DNA of 64,000 nt from the human T2T-CHM13v2.0 reference genome, Homo sapiens. Shown piece by piece: positions 19,026 through 37,402 of this stretch. A program made the position numbers and the translations under genes. The stretch is taken from NCBI RefSeq assembly GCF_009914755.1, contig NC_060926.1, one strand, 5' to 3'. Within the stretch, counting starts at the first letter, position 1. Each line of letters opens with the position of its first letter. Below the pieces are notes generated by a model. It worked only from the letters and a program-made list of their open reading frames with translations. It was not told where the DNA came from and did not search any database.

Positions 19026-20535
19026 TCATGTTACTTTTGATTAGTCTTTTTCCCAGTTAGTTTTGACATCTGCAGGTGCTGTTCTGACTTGCTTGATTAA
19101 TTAGTTCCTTTCATGTTACACATTTTTCAAATCAGAACACACTGGGATTGAACCTTGATATTCTGTTGTTTGAGAATGAGAGACCAGTTCAGAGTTGTTC
19201 AGAAACCTCAGAACTCCCAGTGGGGATGCCTGCAGGTTTGACACCGCCTTGCTGCTCAGGGATCCTAGGCTTGTAGCAATGGCGAATGCTGATTTGAACA
19301 CCCTGCCCATACTTGTGACAAGCATTTGTTTAAAGTGCCTACTATGCAGAATTTTGCTAACGTTAATTTATTTGGTCCTTGTGAAGTAGGTGTTACTTAT
19401 TTTCACTTTACAGAAAAGCAAAGTGAGGCCAAAAGATACGAAGCAACACTGCCTCAGAGATGCTAAGTAGAAGAAATGCCATGAGAGGCCAGGTGACTTT
19501 GGCATGAAAGCTGGTGATGCTAAATCTCTGTGCTCTTCTGCCTTTTTGGGTTGAGCCTTTGCTGTGGCTAGAGCACAGAAGCTTATGAAGGAGGAGCTCC
19601 TTTTAATTGTGGCTCAGAAGTTGCCCATCTTGCCACCTACAGGTTCTGTGGGTGGAGAGCAGACCTATAGGCCAGACAGATGGCTGGTTGAGACCATGAG
19701 CCCCAGCACTGTGTCCAGCACAGGGAAAGCCCCCATTAAGGGAGCTTCCTCCTTGATAACTTGGACAACACTTGGTTGAACAACACACTGGATGCTCACT
19801 TTCCCCAGAGAGAACAGCCCAAGAGTTCAGTGATACTTACTCAAATTGTAGATGAGAGACTGACTGACCTTGCCCTCTGAAGTGGGAAACTGAGGAGGGT
19901 TCCCAGAGGCCTGTGAAGGGCAGGTAACCAGGAATGGTGACATGGTAAGGTTGAGTGGAGACAGACTGTGGCCCCATGGCCCTAGGCAGAGTGCACACTG
20001 GGCATCCTGCAGCATTGCAGAGACCCATTCCCATGGGAAATCCCCTGATTTCTCCACCTTAGCCAGGAGAGTCCTGGGGCCTATGGGTGGGAGGCTTGAG
20101 TGTTGACAGTCAGAGGGGCTGTGATGAGAGCTGCCAGGTGCCATTCTCAATGCCCAGAGGATGCTCTGGGGAAGAAAGCCCTCACATGTTTGCCAAGGTC
20201 AAAAGCAAGAGCTCATTCCAGTCATGGTCTGTGTGGAAGCTCTTTGGTCTGCTGTCTTGGAAAGCAAAGGCAGGGATGTCCTCCTACGCGGACTGCTGGT
20301 CTCCCAGGAAAAGAATCTGTGGCTCTTACTTGTCCTGAGTGATGCTAAGACCCTGCTAAGTCAAAGAAGCTGCTATAGGCACAGAGCCAGTACCCATGGT
20401 CATAGCAGACAGTGGGCAATAGAATACAAAAGGCCGAGGTGTCCAGAGGTAACGGTGGACTGTGTGTTCCCTAGTCTCAGACTCTTGTGTCTTCAGCATG
20501 CTCCTGAGGGTTCTGAGGCACACCCTCCACGTGGC

Positions 20536-20860
20536 TTTTTTTGTTTGTTTGTTTGTTTTTGTTGTTGTTGTTTTTGAGACGTGGTCTCACTGTGATTCAG
20601 GCTGGAGTGCAGTGGTGTGATTTCGGCTCAATGCAGCGTCAACCTTCCAGGTTCAAGCAGTTCTCTCACCTCGGCCTCCTAAGTAGCTGGGACTACAGCC
20701 ACATGCCACCATGCCTGGCGAATTTTTTTTTTTTAACTTTTAATGGAGATGAGGTCTCACTATGTTGCCCAGGCTGGTCTTGAACTCCTGACTCAAGCGA
20801 TCCACCCACCTCAGCCCTCCAAAGTGCTGGGATTACAGGTGTGAGCCACCACGCCTGCCC
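20536..20860 (-). mobile_element. AluJ-like
   Basis: Diverged dimer; TSD ctccacgtgg. Confidence 0.9.
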
Positions 20861-21267
20861 TCCACGTGGGTTCTTAAGGAAAACTACCTGTTTCTCCCTC
20901 CTGTTAGAGGCCCGTGACTGGCTCTGGGAAGGATTGCCATGAAGAGACCTGTAAGCCCTTTCTGATAAGGATTTCTCAAAGGCATTTGACCATGGGTATT
21001 TTCTCCACAAACCTATTAAGTTTTCTCCATTTAGAGAGATGGTATCTTCAAGAATGTCTTCAAGTTTGAGCTACTATCACAAAATACCATAGACCAGGTG
21101 GCTTATAAGCAACAGAGATTTATTTCTCACAGTTCCAGAGGCTGAGGTCTAAGATCAGGGTACTAGCATGGTTGGGTTCTGGTGAGGGTTGCAGATGGCT
21201 GATTTCTCATTACATCCTCACATGGCAGAAAGAGAGTGAGCTAGGTCCTCCAGTGGCAGTGGCGGTG

Positions 21268-22110
<843 letters not shown>

Positions 22111-22799
22111 CTCCGACTTCTTATACAGGTACTAATCCTATTCATGAGGGCTCTACACTCATGACCTCATTACCTTCTAATGGCCCCACCTCTAAATATC
22201 ATCACATTGGGATTCAGGTTTCAACATAGGAATTTTGTGGGGACACAAACATTAAGCCCATAACAAAGGAGGATCCCTGAGCAGGGAATTGGGCACAGGG
22301 ATCTAAGACAGGGAATTATATGATCAGATCCCCAGGGCAGAATACAGGCATGGTCATAAGTTAGGCAGAATGGAGACACAGTTCTAGAAAAAGATTCATA
22401 GCAAGTTGTCTTGATGGTAAACCAAGGTCCAGAGTTGGGCCTCTTTAGCTTCCTCCTGACTGGAGAAAGCAGGTGTTCTAAAGGCTAGAGTAGGGACAGA
22501 GGAGGAGAAAGGAAAACTAACATATATCGAGTACATTTATGAGGCAATTTACATATGAGGTAAAATTAATATTACCATTTTACAGATGAGGAAACTGTGG
22601 CTCAGTGACCTGCTTAGCAAATTTCTATAGCATCTATGGCAGTGACATGAACATGGTATGGATACATCATAGAAATGTCATGATAATAAGGATAAAATTC
22701 TAAAATCCGAATACCCACCCAACTCCAAATCTTTTCTTTGTTCATGTAATGACCATTTTCTGGGACTAGCCAGTTTGGGTTGGATTCTGTTCATATTAC

Positions 22800-23730
<931 letters not shown>

Positions 23731-24081
23731 CTATTCTCTAAATTTAGGAAATGAACAGATTATTAGAACAAGGTAAAAAAAAAAAGTTGGCACCCAAGTT
23801 TATGCTGGAAAAATGAAGGTTAAATGCCGTAGGGGAGGGGCAGTGTTAGGGAATTGAGCTGGAACCAGCACTGACAATATTTGAAAGCATGGTTAGGTTT
23901 TGCCGTGGTTTAATATTTTACAAATGTTATTCCCTGTCACATAGCTGAACTAAATACCCCACATGTTTGCGATTAAGCATTATGAGCTGCAGAACATATG
24001 TGCTAATAATATGGTTCATGCAGCCTGTGGGCACTTCTCCCATGACCTAAGATGAAGGTGAGGCTTTTTGATTTTCCTTAA

Positions 24082-24462
<381 letters not shown>

Positions 24463-25599
24463 AGGAATGGTATTTTAAATACTGTCATAGCAAGCCCTTA
24501 AGAAAATTCTTCACAGCTGCATGTTAACACACTGGCCTGTCCCTGACTTTGGCTTTGTTTCCAGGATATACAGTTGTTTCTGGAATGTACAGTAGCTAGA
24601 TTGCAGCCCTCCAATCATACAAAAACAGACTGAGGGTTTGGAAATGCTGCTAAAGTCTAGTTACAGTGTTGCTCTTGAGGAGTCTGGCGCTATAGGGAGT
24701 CTGAGAATTCCTTATTTGAAAAACAGCCAGTGGAACCGCACAGACACACTGAAATTAAGACATTCTTTCTGTAGATTATGCAGCATTGTTAGAGAGCAAA
24801 GAAAAGCCACAGGAATAAAGGACTCAATTCAGCCCTCTGCTGAAGGAGAGGGTGTTCCTGAGGCTTGAGTAGGAATTGACCCAACAGGGACAGTTTGGTT
24901 GGGCTGATACCAGGAGGCTACTGAGAGGTGTCGATGATGCCTTCCTGAGCTCTGCTGAATACCTCCTTGGCATCAGTCCTCCCCCAACATCTAGCAGAAA
25001 CAGAGGAGCCAGACATTAGGGACCACATTGGGGGGTGCTTTTCCCCACAGATGCATACTGAAGTGGGGACAAAGTCTTCAGCTGCCATATGACCTGGATT
25101 GCTGTTTCACCTATCACATGCATCTAATCTGACTTCAACAATCTACAGGAGAAGGTAGAACTTCATATTTACATTTTATTTGAGTGGTTTATGAAGAAAA
25201 GTAGAGGAAAACTGCAAAGAACGGCAGAAGTAGACTCTTGAGGTTGGAGGGGAGTAGGGGATGATGGTGTGGGAGGGATGAACTTTGCAGGGAGTTACAC
25301 AAAATTTGGAAAATTACAGAGAATACTGGAATCGCCACTAAAAGAGAGGCAGGGCACCTAAATCTATTTATTAGACAACAATTCTGAGAAATTATTCATC
25401 ACTAAGGGCAGGACAGTCAGGTGATGCAGTCAAGAAGGGGCAGGAAATAGGGCGAGCTGAGTTATGAAAGCCATTCTCAGAAATGACCCAAATTTGTACT
25501 GAGCTGTTGTTCTTGAGCAACCTTGGGGAAAATTATCAGTCTGCTTTTCCCACAGCCTGATGTCCAAGGGGCAGATACGTGTGGTGGGCTTGCTGGAGA

Positions 25600-25780
25600 A
25601 ATAGGCTCTTCTCACGTGAGAACAGCATCCTTCCAATCTAGAGCTCCTGGCTCCAGGAAGTGGTGGTGGCTCTACCCTGGTGCTATTTCATTAGTGAAGG
25701 GTGGGGTGGTGGAAAGTGCAGAAAAGGCAGGACCCCTGACACCAGCAAGGCATTGGATCTCTCTGGACCTCCGGGTGGTG
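25600..25780 (+). promoter_or_regulatory. Candidate internal non-CpG-island promoter
   Basis: 14-bp palindrome TTCTCACGTGAGAA (E-box) 25609-25622, CCAAT 25633-25637, ETS CAGGAAGT 25654-25661 and GT-box GGGTGGGG 25699-25706, all just upstream of a candidate first exon. Confidence 0.45.
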
Positions 25781-25846
25781 GACTTTGGGACTGGACAGAC
25801 CTGGTCACAGTCTAGGTTCTACATCTTACTGGTCGAGCAACTTTAG
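25700..25846 (+). other. STON1: Candidate alternative non-coding first exon with GC donor (5' end uncertain)
   Basis: TTTAG|GCAAGT is the GC-AG donor consensus. The sequence resembles my recollection of the SALF/STON1-GTF2A1L cDNA leader (not verified). Confidence 0.6.
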
Positions 25847-26000
25847 GCAAGTAGCTTAACTCCTCCGAACTTATTTTCCTTTTCTACCAAATAATGATAA
25901 TATTACTTCATGAGTTTGTGAGTATTAAATGAGATCATGCATATACAGCCTACAGCCCTTAGCACACCATGAACACATAGTTATTTGATAAATGTTTGTT
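25780..26000 (+). mobile_element. MIR
   Basis: gactttgg..cagacctgg..ggcaagtagcttaac..attaaatgagatcatgcat follows the MIR consensus. Confidence 0.7.
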
Positions 26001-26049
26001 AGTGTGGTTAATTGAACAGAAAGCCTTCAATGTCTTCCTAACCCTAAAA

Positions 26050-26342
26050 TCCAGTGATTCTTTGAACTGGGGAGGGCAGTAGAGAGATTTAATTTGTGGA
26101 AAAATGAAAAGACCATTTAAAATTATTCAATCAGAAATGTATTAAGCTTTGTGTATTTGTGTCAGGCATTTGTAGACAGTGTGGAAAATGTCTTATCCAA
26201 TGATTCTTTGAACTGGGAGGGAAGTAGAGAGACTTAATTTGTGGAAAAGTGAAAAGACCATTTAAAATTATTCAATCAGAAATGTATTAAGCTTTTTGTA
26301 TTTGTGTCACAGGCATTTGTAGACAGTGTGGAAAATGTCTTA
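26050..26342. repeat. Tandem duplication, 2 x ~146 bp
   Basis: Copies 26050-26195 and 26196-26342 differ by only a few substitutions/indels. Confidence 0.95.
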
Positions 26343-26520
26343 ATAAATGAGACATGCTCTTTCCTTGAAAAAGCTTCAGTCTGACTCACAAAGAGTATAT
26401 GAATTTTTTCCTATGATGGCTTGAAAGATTTTATCTTCAAATTCCTTTTTGTGAGATTGTTTTTCCATACCAGTGCTTCTTATTTATAGGGCTTGTTGCA
26501 AGTAATTTGCAATATTGTTA

Positions 26521-26714
26521 CAGGTTGAGTATCCTTTACACCAAATGCTCAGACCAGAAGTGTTTTAGATTTTTTTGGATTTTGGAATATTTGCATCCCC
26601 AAATCTAAAATGCTCAAGTGAGCTTTTCCTTTGAGTGTCATGTTGGCATTCAAAACATTTTGAATTTTGGAGCAATTCAGATTTTGTGTTTTTGAATTAG
26701 AGATAATCAATTTG
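26521..26714 (+). mobile_element. Tigger4a/MER46-type MITE
   Basis: TA|CAGGTTGAGTATCC start and degenerate right TIR. Confidence 0.8.
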
Positions 26715-26812
26715 TAATAATATTTAAGGTATTGCTGTTTGTGAAAGATGTATTTTTAAACGATTTAGAGTCAATTCATGATAATCTCCGTAATACTCTT
26801 ACAAGAATTCCA

Positions 26813-27109
26813 GGCTGGGCATGGTGGCTCATGCCTGTAATCCCAGCGCATTGGGAGGCCAAGGCAGACAGATCACTTGAGGTCAGGAGTTTGAGGCCAG
26901 CCTGGCCAACATGGCGAAACCCCATCTCTACTAAAAATACAAAAATTAGCAGGGCATGGTGATGCACATCTGTAATCTCAGCTACTCGGGAGCCTGAGGC
27001 AGGAGAATCACTTGAACCCGGGAGGTAGAAGTGTAGTGAGCTGAGATTGCACCACTGCACTCCAGCCTGGGTGACAGAGTGAGACTCAGTCTCAAATTAA
27101 AAAAAAAAA
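26813..27109 (+). mobile_element. AluS
   Basis: TSD aagaattcca. Confidence 0.95.
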
Positions 27110-27543
27110 GAATTCCAATATGATTTCTTAAGTGGGAGAAAGGGGTGGATTGTACAAACTGTGTGCAAGTGCAACCTTTGTTCGTGTTTTGTGTGAACCC
27201 TCCTATTGCTGATCACCACTTAAAATGGTAGGGACAATTAGTTAGTTCAGGGCTTCCCTAAATATGGGGAGTGCTAAATTCTGGGTACATCCAAGAGCAC
27301 GTGCTAGGCTTTTGAATGCCATTTGTCACACATATTGAGGTCTAAGGTTGCAAACCATTGTATACTAGATCCTTGTTATTCCTGGTGTGAATAGGCATGT
27401 GTGCCTACTTTTAATTTCTTCTTGAGTTCAGTGCTTTGAAAACAGACAGCTGAAGAAAATGTCTAATAGTCTAAAGAGGAAGCAAACACTTTCCTAGAAA
27501 CCTTCGAAACTCAGAAATGGATTTCTAGAAATTCTCGCCATAA

Positions 27544-27916
<373 letters not shown>

Positions 27917-28583
27917 TTGTCTCTGAATTTTGTGTGGAATTGTCCTCTAGGAGTTTGCAGGGTATTCCAGATTGAAAGTAGACCTTTGAAAAGTATGGGG
28001 CATGCAGGCTGGGATGGAATCCACAGCTGAGGGAAAAGCCAGGGAATCAAAATAGAGGAATCTTTGCTTCAGAGGAAGGCAGCTGGGGACTTGGTGCCAG
28101 GAGTCTTTGGTTCCCAGCTCTGCACTAACTGGATTTGAGACTTTGGGGAAAGTGCCCAGAAGCTGTGGTCTGCTCTGGATTGTCATGCAGTTTAAATGAG
28201 ACGTTGCCTGTGAAGGGCTTTCTGGGAGGAACAGGTACATATCTAGACCAACCCTACTTGTAATGCAGGAACAAAACAAAACTGAAATTACATAGATGCT
28301 GCCCCTTGAATACTCTTGGATTCCAGTGTCTCAAAGTGCATAGGGTAAAGTAGCAGATGACTGAGGAAAATGCATCTAAACTTCTCTTAGCCTTCTTATC
28401 TCTCGGAGACCCAATAGGCTTCTAACAGACCAAGGCTCTGGACAGGGTGTGGCCCCCTTTCCTATGAGAGGATTAGGAGGGAAGGAAAGGGAAAGAAGGT
28501 GCTGCATGAAATTGATCTTAGTTGTTGACTTTGTGCCAACTGGCTGGTGGGGGTTTTGAGACCAGAATAGAAAGATGAAGTCA

Positions 28584-29024
<441 letters not shown>

Positions 29025-29997
29025 TCAGAGCTGCTGACTCCAGAACAGTATTAAACTTCCAGGACAAAGGTTTGGGTTCCTATTGGGCACCATATGAAGT
29101 TCTATTTGGTTGAATAAACTCACATCACATTTGCTGAGTGCCTCCTATGGAAGAGTCCTGGACGGGGGTGAAAGGTGGACAGTGAGGGGGTAGGAGTGCA
29201 CTTTGCATAGATCTGGGTTTCAAGGTAGGAGATGTTTGTGTAAGGTTTGCTTTTAAAAAATTCAGGGCTGCTTACAAAGTAATGGGCTTGATTTCTTTTG
29301 TCCTGCTTATGGAAATCAGTTTATTTGTCTCATAATAAGCAAAAACTGAAGAAACCAACACCACTGTTGCAAATTTTGAAGCTACAAGGAAAACTGATGA
29401 GGTGAAATTTTTGGCATACATCAGAATCGTATTCAGTCTGAAACGGAATTATTTCCTCTTTTTCTTTTCTTTTTAATAAACCCAACTAAAGTAAATATTT
29501 TCCTGAGCTCTCACCCCTATAGGAGGGTTATTTTGGCCTTCTGAAGAGGGTGAGATGGAGATATAGTGCTGCTGATTTCCTACCTGTGAGCCTCCTGGTG
29601 GGTCCCATCGAAACCCTGCTCTCCCTGCTCTGAGGGAAGGTGCTTCACAGCAACTTCAGCCTAAGGGCAGTGACAGTGAAATGGCCTCCAGGGAGCCAGC
29701 AGCCTGGGCTGCCCTCCGCTGTGTGTTTTTGTGCCCTCAGGAATGTGTGGATGCAGCAAATGACAACAGTGAGTGCTCTGTCCCTAGCGGAGCCCCAGGC
29801 CCTGTCACTTTTTGTCTTGGCTGGTTTCCAAGGTTGAATGATTGCATTGGTTGAAGCTTCATTATCCACAAGGGGAGGCAAGACAGTGGGCTGGAGGGAG
29901 AAAAATAGGCCTTTCCCACGGGCATGATTCCAGCAGGGTTTGCATTTTTACATCAGTAGATCTCAGGGACTTTCATTTTCTGTCAGTTTGGGCCGTT

Positions 29998-30110
29998 TGC
30001 CCTATCCCAGCTACTTGGGAGGCTGAGGCAGGAGGATCACTTCAGCCCAGGAATTTGAGACCAGCCTTGGAAACAGCAGGATCCCACTTCTGAAAGATAA
30101 ATAAATAAAT
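29998..30110 (+). mobile_element. Alu monomer (FLAM/FAM-like)
   Basis: cccagctacttgggaggctgaggcaggaggatcac plus TAAA tail. Confidence 0.75.
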
Positions 30111-30429
30111 ATCCCAGCACTAAAGCCCATGTATTTAGTGGTAATACAATTTCTGCTTTTGACAGCATTTTCCACTGGATGTCAGCCGCCATAGCATCAC
30201 TTTGGAGTTGGAAAGGACCACAGAGCTCATTCTAGTGTAATCCCTGAATGTCTGGAGAGGCTGTGCACACAGCTAGTGAGTGACAGAGCGGTGCCCAGAA
30301 TTTGGGTTACCCAAGCCCCACATCAGTGTTGTGGTCCCTACACTTCACTGCCTCTGGTGTCATTAGAATAATTTCAGTAATTTGTTGTATCAGGTTGGGC
30401 TGAAGTGACCTGTATTCAAATCCTGGTTT

Positions 30430-31300
<871 letters not shown>

Positions 31301-32132
31301 AAAATTCTGGCTCTACCTCTTACTGGCTGGGCGACTTTAGGCAATGAACCTAAAGCCAAGTCATCTCAGCTATGAAACTGGAATAATAATACACTTCACA
31401 GGGTCTTTTTGATAAACGAGATTGTGAATTTGAAAATGCTTCTAAAGTGTAAACCTCACATATTTTTGGACTGTCAATGGGTTATAAGTTCATTATAAAT
31501 TGGATTTTTAATCTTCTCCTCCTGTGTTTTTCACAATACTAACAAGGTCTGGGTACATAGTGATCACTCAAATAAAGATTTATTGAGTTGATTCAAATGT
31601 ATTTCAGTTTTATTCAATTGTGGTAAATGAAACTACACAACAGGAAATCTACTCTTTTAAAAGTTTTCAACTGTTAAAAACGGTGTTATGAACGATATGC
31701 ACATTGTTGTACAGCAAATCTCTAGAACCTTTTCATCTTACATAACTGAAACTATATCCACTGAACAGCAACTTCCCATTTTTACCTACTCCCAGTTCCT
31801 GGCAAATGCCATTTTACTTTCTGCGGTATGAGTTAGACTACTTTACATACTTCGTATAAGAGGAGTCATGTAGGATTTGTCCTTCTGTGATGGGCTTACT
31901 GCACTTAGCATAATGTGCTGAAGGTTAATCTATGTTGCAACTTGCGTCAGAATTTTCTTCCTTTTAATACTGAATAATGTTCTATTGTATGAATATACTG
32001 CATTTTCTTTATGCATCCATCCATCAATTAACATTTAGGTTGTTTCCATCTGTTGACTATTGTAAATAATGATGCAGTGAATATGAGAGTGCAAATAGTT
32101 TTTCAAGACCCTGTTTTAAATTCTTTTGGATA

Positions 32133-32450
<318 letters not shown>

Positions 32451-32510
32451 ATTCTTTTGGATAAATACCCGTAAGTGGATTGCTGGATCATATGGTAGTT
32501 CTATTTTTAG

Positions 32511-32819
32511 TTTTTGTTTTTTTTTTTTTTTTTTTTTGAGATGCAGTTTTGCTCTTGTTGCCCAGGCTGGAGTGCAATGGCGTGATACCCATTCACTGCA
32601 ACATCTGCCTCCTGGGTTCAAGCAATTCTCCTGCCTCAGCCTCCCAAGCAGCTGAGATTACAGGTGTGCGCCACCACGCCTGGCTAATTTTGCATTTTTA
32701 GTAGAGACAGGGTTTCACCATGTTGGCTAGGCTGGTCTTGAACTCCTGGTCTTAGGTGATCCACCTGTCTTGGCCTCCCAAAGTGCCTGGATTAGAGGTG
32801 TGAGCCACCGCACCTGGCC
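32511..32819 (-). mobile_element. AluS
   Basis: TSD ctattttta. Confidence 0.95.
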
Positions 32820-32943
32820 CTATTTTTAATTTTTTGAGGGCCTTCCATATTGTTCCCCATAATGGCTGCACCACTTTACATTGCCAGCAACAATGCACAA
32901 GGGTTCCGATTTCTTACATCCTTGCCAAGATTTGTTGTTTTCC

Positions 32944-33330
<387 letters not shown>

Positions 33331-33536
33331 TAGTTTTGATTTGCATTGTCCTGATGATTAGTGATGTTGAGCATCTTTTCATATATTTTCTGGCTATTTG
33401 TATGTCTTTTTTGGAGACATGTTTATTCAAGTACTTTGCCAATTACTAAATTGCATGATTTATTTTCTTGCTGTTGAGTTTATTGAGTTCCTTATATGTT
33501 TTGGATATTAATTCCTTATAAGAAATACCGTTTGCA

Positions 33537-33890
<354 letters not shown>

Positions 33891-34065
33891 TTACTCTGTT
33901 GATTGTTTCCTTTGCTGTGCAGAAACTTTTAAGTTTAATGGTGTCTCACTTTTCTGTTTTTGCTTTTGTTGCCTGTGCTTTGCTGTCATATCCAAGAAAT
34001 CATTGCCAAGACCAATGTTATGAAGATTTTCCTCTGCATTTTTTTCTCAGAGTTTTATAGTTTTC

Positions 34066-34750
<685 letters not shown>

Positions 34751-34753
34751 CTA

Positions 34754-35043
34754 TTTTTTTTTTGAGACGGAGTTTTGCTCTGTCGCCCAGGCTGAAGTGC
34801 AGTGACACAACCTTGGCTTACTGCAACCTCTGCCTCCCAGGCAATTCCCCTGCCTTAGCCTCCAGAGTAGCTTGGAATACAGGTGTGTGCCACCAGGCCT
34901 GGCTAATTTTTTTGTATTTTTAGTAGAGATGGGGTTTCACCATGTTGGCCATGCTGGCCTTGGACTTCTGACCTCAGGTGATCCACCCACTTTGGCCTCC
35001 CAAAGTTGTTGGGATTACAGGTGTGAGCCACTGCACCCAGCCT
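34754..35043 (-). mobile_element. Alu
   Basis: Dimer. Confidence 0.9.
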
Positions 35044-35082
35044 CTTCCATCCATGTTGAGTTGATGGTTGTGTATGATATAA

Positions 35083-35335
35083 GACAAGCTTGTCCAACGT
35101 GCAGCCCACAGGCTACATGTAGTCCAGGACGGCTTTGAATGCTGCCTAACACAAATTTGTAAACTTTCTTAAAACATGAGATCCTTTTTTTTCTTTTTTT
35201 AACTCATCAGCTATCTGTAGTGTTAGTGTATTTTGTGTGTGGCCCAACACAATTCTAATTCTCCTTTTTCTCCTCCTCCTTCTCCGCTTCCTCTTTCTCC
35301 TCCTTCTCCTCCTTCTCCTCCTCCTCCTCCTCCTT

Positions 35336-35376
<41 letters not shown>

Positions 35377-35712
35377 ATATAGAGTTTCTCTCTGTCGTCC
35401 AGGCTGGAGTGCAATGGTGCAATCTCAGCTCACTGCAACCTCCTCCTCTCAGGTTCAAGCAATTCTCCTGCCCACCACCATGCCTGGCTAATTTTTGGGC
35501 AGGTACCCACCACCATGCTTGGTTAACTTTTGTATTTTTAGTAGAGACTGGGTTTTGCCATGTTGGCCAGGCTGGTCTCTAACTCCTGACCTCAAGTGAT
35601 CTACCCACCTTGGCCTCCCAAAGTGCTGGGATTATAGGCGTGAGCCACTGTGCCTGGCCTTAATTCTTCCTCCAGTGTGGCTGAGGGAAGCCAAAAGATT
35701 AGACATCTCTGG
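35083..35712. mobile_element. MER30 (hAT) split by an Alu
   Basis: ttgtccaac..ggacggctttgaatg..cacaaatt and agggaagccaaaagatt motifs. Confidence 0.8.
35260..35659 (-). mobile_element. Alu with long T-tail and (CCT/CTT) extension, internally rearranged
   Basis: Direct reading. Confidence 0.9.
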
Positions 35713-35773
35713 TATAAGATTACAGTTTAGTTTCACTCTTTTGCATGTGGATATCAAGTTTTTTCAACACCAC

Positions 35774-36141
<368 letters not shown>

Positions 36142-36665
36142 ATTTGTGGCTATAAAGTTCCCTGTGAGTACTGTTTTGGTGTGCTGTGTTTTCATTTTCA
36201 TTTGTCTCAAGATATTTTCTAATTTCCTTTTTTATTTCTCCTTTGATCCATTGGTTGTTCAAGAGTATGTTAATTTTCAAATATTTGTGAATTTTTTAGT
36301 TTTCCTTCTATTATTAATTTCTAGTTTTATTCCATTGTGGTTAGAAAAAATGTTTGTGTGATTTCAATCTTCTCACATTTGTTAAGATTTGTTTTGTAAC
36401 CTAACGTGATCTGCTTTGGCAAATGTTCTGTGTGTGCTTGAGAAGAATATGTGTTCTGCTGCTGTTAGGTGGAATGTTCTGTATATGTATGGCAGTTTAG
36501 TTGAGTTTATAGTGTTCAAGTCTATTGTTTCTTTAGTGGTCTTCTGTCTGGATGTTCTGTGTATTGTTGAAAGTATGGTGTTGAAATCTCCAATTATTAG
36601 TGGGTGGCTATCTATTTCTCTCTTCAGTTCTGTTAATGTTTGCTTCATATATTTGGGTGCTCTGA

Positions 36666-36977
<312 letters not shown>

Positions 36978-37355
36978 GGGTTAATATATATTTATAATTG
37001 TTGCGTCTTCCTAGTGAATTGACTCTTTTATCATTGTATTATGTCCTTCTTTGTCTCCTATGATAGTTTTTGACTTAAAGTTTATTTTGCTTAAGCATGG
37101 CTACTCCTGCTCTCTCTTGGATAACATTTGCATGGAATATCTTTTTTCATCCTTTCACTTTCAGCATATGTCTGTCTTTAAATCTAAAGTGAGTACCTTA
37201 TAGACAGCATACAGTTGGATCATGTTTTTTTTTAATCCACTTAGCCACCAACAGAATTATAATTTTTAAGCATTTATCAGAAGTAAAGACATTTAGTAAT
37301 GATTCCCCCCTTCATTTTATATACCTATTTTCTCTTTATTTTATTTTTTTAACAG

Positions 37356-37402
37356 AGTCAACCTATTTGATTTCTTGACAAGACCACAATCTGATCCCAA
37401 AG
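37356..37402 (+). other. STON1: 47-nt 5' UTR part of the first coding exon
   Basis: Lies between the strong acceptor and the ATG; contains an in-frame stop. Confidence 0.85.

Noticed and set aside
31331-31346. Second MIR-derived TTTAG|GCAATG GC donor
   Set aside because: Poor +5/+6 match (GC donors need near-perfect consensus) and no promoter motifs nearby.
36382-36648. L1 ORF2 endonuclease-like ORF
   Set aside because: A short degenerate remnant of an old fragmented L1, not an active element.
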